DNA of 64,000 nucleotides from Myxococcota bacterium (GTDB lineage Bacteria; Myxococcota_A; Polyangia; Nannocystales; Nannocystaceae). The notes under the pieces are model-generated. The model was not told the origin of the DNA. It ran no database searches and saw only the letters and a list, made by a program, of their open reading frames with translations. Below, one piece after another: positions 11,354 to 21,062 of this stretch. The position numbers and the translations under genes were made by a program. Location of the stretch: NCBI GenBank assembly GCA_039028615.1, contig JBCCHT010000029.1:1-64000 (forward strand). The letters run 5' to 3'. Within the stretch, counting starts at the first letter, position 1. Each line of letters begins with the position of its first letter.

Positions 11354-12772
11354 TCACTTGAACAGGCGCAGCACCGCCACATCGGAGAACCCGTCGTTGC
11401 GTACGTGGCCGGCGATCGCTAGCCCGTCGTCCCCGTGAAACTCGATCGCGTACACCGTCTCGGTGTCCGAGCCCGAGTCGAACACCGCGAAGCCACCGTT
11501 GCCGAAGCTCGGATCGGGCGTCCCGTCGGGCATGTGCTTGGCGACGCTGATGTCGGTCGACTCGCCGAGCCCCTCGAGGTCGCCCGCGAGGTAGAACGAA
11601 CCATCGTCGTCCACCGCGATGTCGTGCGCGCGCGACATCCCCAGCGAGTCCACGTAGCCGTCCGTGCCGAAGCTCAGGTCCAGCGTGCCGTCGGGGGCGT
11701 GCCGGGCCACGACATAGCCCTCCTCCATGCCCACCAGCGCGAGGCCGGCGATGAGGATGCTGCCGTCCGGCAGTTCGGCCAGCGACTGCGCCTCGTGCAG
11801 GATGCCGTAGGTTCCCAACGTGTAGCCGCCCTCCTCGCCGAAGGTCGGGTCGAGCTGCCCGTCGGGTTGGTAGCGGAGGATGAAGTTCGACGTGCCCGCC
11901 GTGTCCAGGGCAAAGCCGGCCACCAGCAGCTGCCCGCCCGCCGTGAACAGGACCTCCTGGCCGACCACCTCGTCGTAGCCGGGGAAGTCCGTCGCGACGA
12001 GCCCATCACCGTCGAACGTGTCGATCGCCGCCCCGTCCGAGTCGAAGAGCGCGACGCCCAGCGAGAAGTCGTACTGGCCCACCACCGCGACCTCGTCGTT
12101 GGGCCCCACGGCACCGTTGAACGTCATCTGACTCGCGAAGTCGTCGACGGTGGTCGCCATGCCGTCGTCGTCGAAGTCCCCGTCGGGCGTGCCGTCTGCG
12201 AGCACTCGTGCGGCGGCGAGCAGATCGAAGTGCTGCCCCGGCACCACGATGCGGCCCTGCCCGTCGAGTTCCACCCCGCGCCCCGCCTGGAAGCCGGCCG
12301 ACGCGTAGTCGAGGGTCGCGATCCCGTCGTCGTCGAACGCCGGGTCGAGTTGGCCGTCGGGGAGCAGCTGCACGACCAAGAAGTCGCCCGAGCCCGCGTC
12401 GGTCGTCGCTTCCCCGCCCACGATGAGCGTGTCGTCCTCCCGGACTGCCAGTCCGAAGCCGAATTCGTCGAACTCGTCGACGTCGACGAACACCCAGCCG
12501 TCCGCGCCGAAATCGGGGTCCAGCATGCCCGCATTGGGGTTTCCGCCCGTGGTCGTGGGATCGTCGGTATCCGTCATGGGGCCCGCCGTCGAGTCGCCTG
12601 TGGGGTCTCCGGAGCTGTCGGCCGACGGAGCCGTGGTCGTGCCGTCGACGTCCGACGCATTGGCGGTGCTGCCCATATCGGTGTCGGCAACGGGGTCATC
12701 GGTCGCGCCCGTCTCACACCCGAACGCGGTGAGCACTGCGATCCACAACGGCACTCGATACAACTTCGGCAT
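11354..12772 (-). CDS. Delta-60 repeat (beta-propeller) lipoprotein
   Basis: Start MPKLYRV, TAFGC lipobox; seven repeats of type DGxLDPxFGxxG. Confidence 0.88.
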   Translation of the reverse strand: MPKLYRVPLWIAVLTAFGCETGATDDPVADTDMGSTANASDVDGTTTAPSADSSGDPTGDSTAGPMTDTDDPTTTGGNPNAGMLDPDFGADGWVFVDVDEFDEFGFGLAVREDDTLIVGGEATTDAGSGDFLVVQLLPDGQLDPAFDDDGIATLDYASAGFQAGRGVELDGQGRIVVPGQHFDLLAAARVLADGTPDGDFDDDGMATTVDDFASQMTFNGAVGPNDEVAVVGQYDFSLGVALFDSDGAAIDTFDGDGLVATDFPGYDEVVGQEVLFTAGGQLLVAGFALDTAGTSNFILRYQPDGQLDPTFGEEGGYTLGTYGILHEAQSLAELPDGSILIAGLALVGMEEGYVVARHAPDGTLDLSFGTDGYVDSLGMSRAHDIAVDDDGSFYLAGDLEGLGESTDISVAKHMPDGTPDPSFGNGGFAVFDSGSDTETVYAIEFHGDDGLAIAGHVRNDGFSDVAVLRLFK

Positions 12773-13207
12773 GCGGAAAACGTAGCGATGGGCACATGGC
12801 GAAGAGCCAAATTGCGGCCAAAAGATCAGGCTGCGTGCAGGAGGTGTCCTCGGAGGGGTTCGTACGTTGTCCCGGAGGTCGTCGGTCGGCGAGGTAGGAC
12901 ATCCCAAATGCTCGCCAAACCGGGACCAAACCCGTGCCGACACGACGATGCCCAGCCCGGGTGAAGGAGAGCGTCTGTCGGACATCGTCAATCGGCCTAG
13001 TGGCAGGATCGCGAGGGGGGGCTGTCGTGCGTTGCGCTCGGTAACGACCTCGTCAGGAGTCCTCCGGGGCCCAGAACGACGTCCACGGACACGATGGGTT
13101 CGCTCCCGGTCGACGGCGCACGAAACGTTCGTTGCCGACGCGTGGCCCGAAGGTCCGGGTGGTCCTTTGGGGACTCCAGGTCGTACGATCGGTGTTCCCG
13201 AGGGGCC

Positions 13208-16200
13208 TTGGGCGAGCACCGTATCTCCATCCTGCACATCTCCGACCTGCACGCTCGCAGTACGGATGTTTCGGAACTCCCGGACGCGACGGACAAAGAA
13301 CTGGAGCGGCGGCGCGTCCGACTGGAGGAGATTCGCGACGAGGCGCGGAGCTGGAGCGTGGTTACGGGGCCCGCGTGGGACGACAACCTGCGCGAGTTGT
13401 TTTCCGATGGGCCGCCCGATCTGGTGTGTTTTACAGGCGACGTGGCGGACTGGGGCCTGAGGGCGGAGTACGCCGTCGCGCATGAACTCGTGATGCGCAC
13501 GCTTCGGGTCCTCGGTGTCGACGCGTCGCGGTTGTTCGTCGTGCCGGGGAACCACGACGTCCAGCGCACCGTCAACGAGGACGCCTGGGAGAAGCTCCGG
13601 GGGTTGATGTGGAATGAGGCCGGGGCTGTCTCCAAGTGGCTTACGCCGGTTGGTAGGCCGCCGCGGGACGTCGCTGCCGACCTGGCTGACCGAGTCCTCG
13701 CCCGCAGTCAGAAGTTCTGGCACTGGGTCGCGCACGACTTGGGTCGGCCGGAGCTGGTGCCGGCCAACGATGGTGGGCATGGCAAGCTCGGCTACTGTCA
13801 GTCGCCCGACCTGGGACTCCCCTTCCCCGTGCACATCGTCGGGCTCGACTCGGCCTGGCTCGCCGGGGACAACAACGATCAGGGCAAGCTGTGGCTCACT
13901 CGGCATCAGCGGGATCGACTGCTGACCGAAATGGGCAAGCCGAGGACGGGGCTGCGGATTGCACTCATGCACCATCCGTTCACCGAGCTGGCGCAGCCCG
14001 AGGTTGCCGACACCCAGCGCGACCTGGCCGAGTTGGCGGATTTGCTGTTGCACGGTCACCAGCACGAGTCCGCTGGGGGCACGCTGAAGGACCTCGACGG
14101 GAACTGCCTGCGGGTGTTGGCGGCGGGGTGCTTATACGAAGGCTCCGAGGGTAGTCGGTGGCCGAATTCGTGCCAGCGCATCGACATCACGGTGAACGAG
14201 GCGGGGCGGCCGCAGTCGGCGGAGATTCGATTCCGCGGCTGGTCGAGGCGGGCGCACTGGCACCCGGATGCTTCGCTCTATCGCTCCCAGACCGACGATG
14301 GTCGGATGCACTGGCGACCGTGGAACGCGGAGGCGCCCGTGGCCTCCGAGAGTCGCTTCGACGCTTCCCTCGATGCCCCACTGGTCACTGCCGACCGCTT
14401 CGTGGGGCGTACCGCTGAACTCGAGGCATTGGCCGAAGGGCTCGAGCGTTCATCGGCCGTTGCGGTCACCGCCATCCACGGCATGCCCGGGGTGGGCAAG
14501 ACGTTCCTGACCGAGCACTTTGCTCAGCTCAATGCGGATCGGTTTCCTGGGGGGCATCATCGAATCGGCCTCGAGCCGGACGAAACGCGTACGGCCGAGG
14601 CGCTGCGTAATTCGCTGGCTGCGAAGTTGAAGGAGGAACCACGCACGCTGGTGGCAAGGCTCGTGGTCTCCCGGGCGTTGGTCATCATCGACAATGTCGA
14701 CAGTGCACCGCTGGTAGACCTCGTAGTGCAGTTATGGCGATTGCTGCCAGAAGTACCGCTTCTCGTTACCGGGCGGTACGACGAACTCGGACGGGCCGCG
14801 GGATGGCCACGAATCGAGCTACGTCCCTATACGGACTACGAGGAGCCGCTGGAACAACTGGCCAAAGAGGGCGTCGAGACTCGAAACGCCAAGGAACAGG
14901 CCGACCTTCGCGCGATGATCGATGCGCTGGGACACTTGCCGTTAGCGTTGAGCCTGGCGGCAAGCCACCTTCGCACGGGGGCGTACTCCCCCCGTAGCTT
15001 CATCGATGAGCTAAGTAGGCGCGGGCTTCAGGTTGGACCCGCCGACCCAAGTGATCCGCGCCGCCATGGAGACCACTACGCGCGTGCGGTACTGAAGACC
15101 AGCTTTGAAATCTCTTGGGCGCACCTACGGCGTGCACTCGAGGTCGATGGACACGACGACGTCGAAATCGAGGACATGCTTCGTGGGTTGTCGGCATTCG
15201 CGTATGGGCTCGGTTGCCCGGTCGGCCCCAGCCTCGCGGCGGCGACGGCCGGGCTGGAGGATTCTGTCGCACGAAAGGTGCTCGCGCGGGCTGCCTCGGT
15301 GTCTCTCGTCCAACGGGCGCCGGGTAGAATCGCATGGGGCGTGCATCCACTCATCGGAGACTATCTGCGTGCAGCGGTGGCCGATGTGGCGCACGATGTT
15401 GTGCGCGAGCGGGTCTCGGAGTGGTTCAACGACCATCTTCGTCGTTCAGCCATCCGCGACGATGACCAGGCTGCCGTCCGTGCCGAAATTAACGATGACT
15501 ACGAGGCATTGGAGACGTGGCTCCGTGGGCTCGATGGACGCGAGGCCTATGTCGCGGGGGAATTGGGCTTCGACTTCGCAGAGGACTGTGGCCCATACTC
15601 CATTTGGAACGAATGCTATGAGCGGGCAAAGTCTGCGGGGCTCGATCCTAACGAGGAGAGCAACAGGCTCTGGTGGCTGACGACCCTGGCCGTAGGAGCG
15701 GGCGAGTTGGACCTCTGCATGCGTACCGCACGAACGATGGCGGAGCATGATGACCGACACGGGAACGACAACGGGGTCGCGCTCGCGAAGGGCCGAATCG
15801 CGGACATTCTGCAGGCGCGGGGAGATCTGGACCGGGCGCTCGAGATACGGCAAAACGAGCAAGTGCCAGTGTTTCAGCGGTTGGGCGACTTTCGCTCTAA
15901 GGCCGTGGCCATGGGCAAGATCGCGGACGTTCTGCAGGCGCGAGGGGAGCTGGACCGGGCGCTCGAGATACGGCGGAACGAGCAGCTGCCAGTGTACGAG
16001 CGGTTGGGCGACGTTCGCGAGAAGGCGGTGACCATGGGCAAGATCGCGGACATTCTGCAGGCGCGAGGGGAGCTGGACCGAGCGCTCGAGATACGCCAAA
16101 AAAAGCAGGTTCCAGTGTTCCAGCGGTTGGGCGACGTACGCGAGAACGCCGTGACCATCGGCAAGATCGCGGACATTTTGCAGGCGCGAGGGGAGCTGGA

Positions 16201-16705
16201 CCGGGCGCTGGAGATACGGCAGAACGAGCAGCTGCCGGTGTACGAGCGGCTGGGCGACGTTCACTCCAAGGCTGTGACCATGGGCCGAATCGCGGACATT
16301 CTGCAGGCGCGGGGGGAGCTGGATCGGGCGCTCGACATACGGCAGAACGAGCAGCTACCAGTGTACGAGCAGTTGGGCGACGTACGCTCCAAGGCCGTGG
16401 CCATGGGCTACATCGCGGACATTCTTGAGGCGCGAGGGGAGTTTGACCGGGCGCTCAAGATACGACAAAACGAGGAGTTGCCTGTGTACGAACGGTTGGG
16501 TGACGTTCGCAACAAGGCCGTGACTCAAGCGAATATCGCCACCCTTCTCGTGCGCCGATATGGGGCGGCCGCAAACGGCGAGGCCACAGGCCTCCTCTCC
16601 GAGGCGTATACCGCCTTCACCCGTGTGGGTCTCCCCGAAGCAGCGCAAGTCGGGGCCATCGCCGCAAAACTTGGCCTCGTTCTGAACGACGAATCCTCGA
16701 CCTGA
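13208..16705 (+). CDS. NLR-like STAND protein: calcineurin-like metallophosphoesterase + NB-ARC + TPR
   Basis: HISDLH, TGDVA, PGNHD, MHHP, HGHQH; Walker A GMPGVGKT, Walker B LVIIDNVD, LLVTGR, GHLPLAL, VHPLI; TPR array; TTG start after GAGGGG inferred. Confidence 0.9.
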   Translation: MGEHRISILHISDLHARSTDVSELPDATDKELERRRVRLEEIRDEARSWSVVTGPAWDDNLRELFSDGPPDLVCFTGDVADWGLRAEYAVAHELVMRTLRVLGVDASRLFVVPGNHDVQRTVNEDAWEKLRGLMWNEAGAVSKWLTPVGRPPRDVAADLADRVLARSQKFWHWVAHDLGRPELVPANDGGHGKLGYCQSPDLGLPFPVHIVGLDSAWLAGDNNDQGKLWLTRHQRDRLLTEMGKPRTGLRIALMHHPFTELAQPEVADTQRDLAELADLLLHGHQHESAGGTLKDLDGNCLRVLAAGCLYEGSEGSRWPNSCQRIDITVNEAGRPQSAEIRFRGWSRRAHWHPDASLYRSQTDDGRMHWRPWNAEAPVASESRFDASLDAPLVTADRFVGRTAELEALAEGLERSSAVAVTAIHGMPGVGKTFLTEHFAQLNADRFPGGHHRIGLEPDETRTAEALRNSLAAKLKEEPRTLVARLVVSRALVIIDNVDSAPLVDLVVQLWRLLPEVPLLVTGRYDELGRAAGWPRIELRPYTDYEEPLEQLAKEGVETRNAKEQADLRAMIDALGHLPLALSLAASHLRTGAYSPRSFIDELSRRGLQVGPADPSDPRRHGDHYARAVLKTSFEISWAHLRRALEVDGHDDVEIEDMLRGLSAFAYGLGCPVGPSLAAATAGLEDSVARKVLARAASVSLVQRAPGRIAWGVHPLIGDYLRAAVADVAHDVVRERVSEWFNDHLRRSAIRDDDQAAVRAEINDDYEALETWLRGLDGREAYVAGELGFDFAEDCGPYSIWNECYERAKSAGLDPNEESNRLWWLTTLAVGAGELDLCMRTARTMAEHDDRHGNDNGVALAKGRIADILQARGDLDRALEIRQNEQVPVFQRLGDFRSKAVAMGKIADVLQARGELDRALEIRRNEQLPVYERLGDVREKAVTMGKIADILQARGELDRALEIRQKKQVPVFQRLGDVRENAVTIGKIADILQARGELDRALEIRQNEQLPVYERLGDVHSKAVTMGRIADILQARGELDRALDIRQNEQLPVYEQLGDVRSKAVAMGYIADILEARGEFDRALKIRQNEELPVYERLGDVRNKAVTQANIATLLVRRYGAAANGEATGLLSEAYTAFTRVGLPEAAQVGAIAAKLGLVLNDESST
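15776..16513 (+). repeat. Six tandem 123-bp (41-aa) TPR-coding repeats
   Basis: Unit KAVxMGxIADILQARGELDRALEIRQNEQLPVYERLGDVRx; 123-bp periodicity visible in DNA (accgggcgct at 15831 and 15954). Confidence 0.95.
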
Positions 16706-16776
16706 CGACCATCGCACAGCCCGGCAGGCTCGGTGATACGATCTCGGCCGCCCCACCCCGCCGCTCCCGCCCTCCG

Positions 16777-19005
16777 ATGGCCGCTTCCACACCAACGCCC
16801 CTGGGAATCGAGCTGGAGTTCGTCCGGGCCGAGCAGGCCGACGACCCGTTCGCGTTCCGCTTCGCCCGCCAGACCTACTTGGTGCGCGGCCGCGGCGGAG
16901 ACTACGAAACCGTCGAACTCGCCTGGAACCGCGACCTCCTCGATGATCTCGAGCAGCTCCGCCGCCCCGATCGCGACCCCGCCATCGCCGCCCGCGTCGG
17001 CGAGATGCTCCGCGAACTCCTCGAACCCGCCGGCTGGAGCGCCCACGAGGCCACGATCACCCAAGCCCGCTCCGAGCGACGCCCCGTCCACGTCACCATT
17101 CGCTCGGCCGCCGCCGAACTCTACGCGCTCCCGTGGGGCCTACTCGCCCTCAAGGCCGACGGCCAGCACCTCGGCGCGATCGAGCACGTCCTGCTCCGCT
17201 ACGCGTGGCCAGGCACCGATACCGCCGCCGTCGACACCCGATACACGACCGCCCCAAACCGCATCTTGGTGGCATGGTCGGCCGCAGGCGGAGCCGTCCC
17301 GGCCGCGGATCAAATCGCCGCGTTCCCCGAGGACATCGTCCAAGTCCTCCCGCACGCCTCGTACGGAGGCATCGACGACGCGCTGAAGGCCGCCGAAGCC
17401 GAAGGCCGCCCCTTCCGCGTGCTCCACCTTCTGTGCCACGGCGCGCAGACGGGCTCGACCTTCGGCCTGGCCCTGGACGCCGAGGACGGCGGACGCCCAG
17501 CCGCGGTCGATGCCGGGCGCCTCCAGCAGCTCTTCGCCCCCCACGCCGACGTCCTGCGCCTGGTCGTGGTCATGGCCTGCGACGGCGGCAACATGGGCGA
17601 ACCCGGCAACCGCCTCGGCAGCGTCGCCCAGCGCCTGCACCGAGCCGGCATGCGCTACGTGGTCGCCTCTCGAACCCCGCTGTCGGCCCGCGGCTCGACC
17701 CGCATCACCGAGGCGCTGTACCGCTCGATGCTCGGTGGCGCGTCGCTGGAACGAGCCTTCATCGACGCCCGCGATGCCGCCGCCCGCGAAGTCGACCACC
17801 TCGACTGGGCGAGCCTCCAACTGTACGCCCGCCCGGCCGACGGCGACGCAGGCGACGTCCTCGGTACCCGGCAAGAACCCGAGCCCCCGGCTCCAACCCC
17901 ACCGCCGACCGAACCATCCAAGGCTCCAGAGCCCGTCGCGGCTAAAACCCCGCCTGCCCCAAGCACCCCGGCACCACCCCTCCCCTCCCCTGCCAGCAGC
18001 GGCCGCAGCACCCGCTGGCTCATCGTCGGCCTCGTGCTCGGCATCGTCGCCGTCTGCAGCGTCATCGTCCTGCTCATCGCTCTGTCCGACGACCCCGAAG
18101 AGGAATCCGACCTCCCCGAGCTCGACCCCGCCTGCATCACCAGTGAGACCAAGCTCCCCGTGGGCGCCCGCCCCATCGACGTCGTGTTCGTCGTGGACGA
18201 CTCGGAGAACATGAAGCCCGACCTGGCCGCGCTCGAAAAAACGCTGCCGGACTTCGCTCGCAAGCTCACCGAGGGCGGCCTCGACCCCCACATCGTAATG
18301 ATCTCGGGCACCGCCCGCGCGACCGAGCCGGGCCTGTGCATCGCCCCGCCGCTGGGCAGCGGCGGCTGCCCGACCAAGGACCACAACCCCCCGCTGTACT
18401 GGCGCGTGGACCAACGCGTGGGCTCGACCGATGCCCTCGAGCGGGTCATCCACGACTGGCGCGAGTACGAGTCCACGCTGCGCTACGACGCCTCGTTCCA
18501 CGTCGTGGTCATCACCCGCGGCGACTCGGCCTGGACCCCGCAGTACTTCACCGACCAAATCACCTCGGGCGACGCCAACTACGAGGAGTTCTTCTTCCAC
18601 GCCATCGTGACCCGCTCGAGCACCACGTATCGCGAGCTGGCGATGAAGACGGGCGGGTGGCTCGCAGACGTCGGAGACGACTACGGCCGAGTGCTCGAGG
18701 GCCTCGCTGGGCGCCTCATCTACACGGCCGGGCACGCGTGCGAGTACGCGATTCCCGAGCCGGAGACCGGATCCTTCGACGCCGATGCGTTCAACGTGGA
18801 ACTGGTGGCCGAACAGCACGAACCCCTCAGGCCGCTGCACGTCCGAAACATCGACGCGTGCCCCGAGCAGGGCGACGGCTGGTTCTACGACGATCCCGAC
18901 GCCCCCAAGACGGCAGTGCTGTGCGAGTCGACCTGCGAGCAGGTCCAGGGCACGGATGACTCGGTCCGCATGGTCTTCGGCTGCCCGACGCTGCGCCCCG
19001 AGTAG
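16777..19005 (+). CDS. CHAT (caspase-like) protease + Pro-rich linker + TM helix + vWA-like domain + Cys-containing tail
   Basis: LPWGLL, HLLCHG (His), VVVMACDGG (Cys), LDWASLQLY; TM WLIVGLVLGIVAVCSVIVLLIAL; DVVFVVDDSENM. Confidence 0.88.
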   Translation: MAASTPTPLGIELEFVRAEQADDPFAFRFARQTYLVRGRGGDYETVELAWNRDLLDDLEQLRRPDRDPAIAARVGEMLRELLEPAGWSAHEATITQARSERRPVHVTIRSAAAELYALPWGLLALKADGQHLGAIEHVLLRYAWPGTDTAAVDTRYTTAPNRILVAWSAAGGAVPAADQIAAFPEDIVQVLPHASYGGIDDALKAAEAEGRPFRVLHLLCHGAQTGSTFGLALDAEDGGRPAAVDAGRLQQLFAPHADVLRLVVVMACDGGNMGEPGNRLGSVAQRLHRAGMRYVVASRTPLSARGSTRITEALYRSMLGGASLERAFIDARDAAAREVDHLDWASLQLYARPADGDAGDVLGTRQEPEPPAPTPPPTEPSKAPEPVAAKTPPAPSTPAPPLPSPASSGRSTRWLIVGLVLGIVAVCSVIVLLIALSDDPEEESDLPELDPACITSETKLPVGARPIDVVFVVDDSENMKPDLAALEKTLPDFARKLTEGGLDPHIVMISGTARATEPGLCIAPPLGSGGCPTKDHNPPLYWRVDQRVGSTDALERVIHDWREYESTLRYDASFHVVVITRGDSAWTPQYFTDQITSGDANYEEFFFHAIVTRSSTTYRELAMKTGGWLADVGDDYGRVLEGLAGRLIYTAGHACEYAIPEPETGSFDADAFNVELVAEQHEPLRPLHVRNIDACPEQGDGWFYDDPDAPKTAVLCESTCEQVQGTDDSVRMVFGCPTLRPE

Positions 19006-19022
19006 CGACCTACGGCCGGCAC

Positions 19023-19391
19023 TCAGCTGGCCTCGTCGACCTCGAGCCTCTCGGACCACCGCCGCAGCTCATCCAGGCACTTGAGCGCCGTGCGCCCGTG
19101 CGGCGTGAGCCGATACGCCACCCCGACGGGCCGCGTGTCGAGCACCTGCCGCTCGATGAGTTCATGCGCTTCGAGGTGCCGCAGGCGCTCGGTGATCATC
19201 TTCTTGCTGGCGCCACCGATGAGCCGCGACAGGTCGTTGAACCGCACGGGCTCGTCCTTGAGATGCCACAGAATCGAGCCGGTCCACTTGCCGCCCAGGA
19301 TCCGCATGCCTCGCTCGATGGGACACGGCTCCGCGCAGGGCTCCACCGCGGTCTTGCGACCTCGTCGGTCACGCGTCACTCGGGCTTTCAT
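19023..19391 (-). CDS. HxlR-family winged-helix transcriptional regulator
   Basis: CPIERGMRILGGKW, RFNDL, VAYRLTPHG. Confidence 0.93.
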   Translation of the reverse strand: MKARVTRDRRGRKTAVEPCAEPCPIERGMRILGGKWTGSILWHLKDEPVRFNDLSRLIGGASKKMITERLRHLEAHELIERQVLDTRPVGVAYRLTPHGRTALKCLDELRRWSERLEVDEAS

Positions 19392-19485
19392 GACTCGGAT
19401 CTTAGGGTGGTTACGAAAAGTAAACTAGTTGCACATAGAAACCTTCTGACTAGATTGCCGCGCTCAACCCTGCAGGGAGCAGCCA

Positions 19486-20100
19486 ATGAAGAACATTTTC
19501 ATCATCAATGGGCACCAGCCCTACCCTTTCGCCAAGGGGCGCCTCAATCGCACGTTGGTGGAGTCCGCTCGCGAGCACCTGACCCGTAACGGCTACGAGG
19601 TCGTGACGACGGAGGTGGCCAGTGGCTGGGATGTCGAGGAACAAATCGCCCGTCACCAGTGGGCCGATGTGGTGTTGATTCAGTTCCCCGTGAACTGGAT
19701 GGGCGCGCCGTGGTCGTTTAAGAAGTACATGGACGAGGTCTATTCGGCGGGCATGGACGGGCGGCTGTGCGCGGGGGATGGGCGCCACGGCCCGGACGAG
19801 GCGCATCGCTATGGCCACGGAGGCGCGCTGACGGACACGTTCTACATGCTGTCGCTGACCTTCAATGCACCCCGGGACGCGTTCGACAACCCGGACGCGA
19901 GCTTCTTCGAGTCGCGCTCGGTCGACGACCTGATGTGGCCGATGCACCTGAACATGCGGTTCTTCGGCATGAACCCGCTACCGAGCTTCTCGGCCCACGA
20001 CGTGATGAAGAACCCCGACATCGAGCGCGACCTGGAGCGCTTCTCCGCCCACTTGAAGGCGCACTTTCCCGCCCTGGCCGATCGGGAAGTGGCCCAGTGA
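19486..20100 (+). CDS. mdaB: NAD(P)H:quinone oxidoreductase, MdaB family
   Basis: IINGH, WADVVLIQFPVNWMGAPWSFKKYMDEV, YMLSLTFNAP, DVMKNP. Confidence 0.88.
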   Translation: MKNIFIINGHQPYPFAKGRLNRTLVESAREHLTRNGYEVVTTEVASGWDVEEQIARHQWADVVLIQFPVNWMGAPWSFKKYMDEVYSAGMDGRLCAGDGRHGPDEAHRYGHGGALTDTFYMLSLTFNAPRDAFDNPDASFFESRSVDDLMWPMHLNMRFFGMNPLPSFSAHDVMKNPDIERDLERFSAHLKAHFPALADREVAQ

Positions 20101-20636
20101 ACACGCTCAAGCTCCAGGCGGGCGATGCCTTTCCCGAGCTGCTCGTGCCCGGTGACGACGGTTCATCCCGCGACCTCGCCCGGCCTCGAGGCGAGCATGA
20201 CTGGATGATGGTGGTCGTCTATCGCGGCCGCCACTGCCCGATGTGCACGCGCTATCTCAATGCGCTCGAGCCCATGGTGCCACGACTGTCGGCGATTGGG
20301 GTGGACGTGGCCGCGGTATCGGGTGACAGCGCACAGCAGCTGGCCCGACATCGGGACAAGCTCAGTGTCACGTTTCCCCTCCACCACGGACTCACCGCGG
20401 CGCAGATGCAACGACTCGGGCTGTACATCTCCGATCCTCGATCGCCCAAGGAGACCGACCATCCCTTTGCCGAGCCGGGATTGTTCGTGATCAACCAACA
20501 CGGCACGCTGCAGGTGGTCGATGTGTCCAACAACCCGTTCGTGCGACCCGACCTGGAGACTCTGGCGTCGGGCTTGAAGTGGATTCGCGACCCGAACAAC
20601 AACTATCCAATTCGAGGTATGCGGCCCTACGAGTGA
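20097..20636 (+). CDS. Peroxiredoxin-like AhpC/TSA family protein
   Basis: VVVYRGRHCPMC, FAEPGLFVI, PFVRP; GTGA overlap with the upstream stop. Confidence 0.9.
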   Translation: MNTLKLQAGDAFPELLVPGDDGSSRDLARPRGEHDWMMVVVYRGRHCPMCTRYLNALEPMVPRLSAIGVDVAAVSGDSAQQLARHRDKLSVTFPLHHGLTAAQMQRLGLYISDPRSPKETDHPFAEPGLFVINQHGTLQVVDVSNNPFVRPDLETLASGLKWIRDPNNNYPIRGMRPYE

Positions 20637-20658
20637 CCCATGGGGTGACCCATACGTT

Positions 20659-20688
20659 GCACCGAACGTCGTGATCGTCGTTCGGTGC
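20659..20688 (+). terminator. Hairpin after the mdaB-ahpC operon
   Basis: gcaccgaacg-N10-cgttcggtgc perfect 10-bp stem; weak U tract. Confidence 0.45.
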
Positions 20689-21062
20689 CCGGTCGTTTCA
20701 TTGCCGGACGCGGATCGGATAACGCCAGTGGATTCCTTTACAGACAGTGCTCACTGTCACTGCCGTGTAATGGAAAGCCTCATCTTGGTGTGAGTCGTTT
20801 GACTACGTACAGCCCCGCAGTAGGATGCGTGGGGACACTCTCGGGGTATGACCTCATAAAGCGATTGCCCCACATTCGTCCATACCTTAGTCTGGCATAC
20901 ACTTCAGTCACTCGTTCCGTGGGTTCATGCGCTTGGGGGCGCGAATCCGCTCGATATGCGACCAACTAACGAGTTGGAGCGACAGTGGCGAAGGCTTGGT
21001 CGGTAACGGCCTTGGTACGGGGGACATAGGCCAGCGTGGCTGGCGCAAGGGGCTGGGGAGTC

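Noticed and set aside
12790..13200. Gene or mobile-element remnant upstream of the NLR-like gene
   Set aside because: No credible ORF, terminal repeat or motif seen
12773..14065. N-terminal 431 aa of the 903-aa minus-strand ORF
   Set aside because: Largely antisense to the phosphoesterase gene; the real protein starts at the signal peptide at 12772
15776..16513. Tandem repeats as a CRISPR array
   Set aside because: In-frame 123-bp coding units without unique spacers; no cas genes in the window
20690..21060. c-di-GMP riboswitch upstream of the PilZ gene
   Set aside because: Could not find the GEMM-type GCAAA/GNRA tetraloop-receptor pattern
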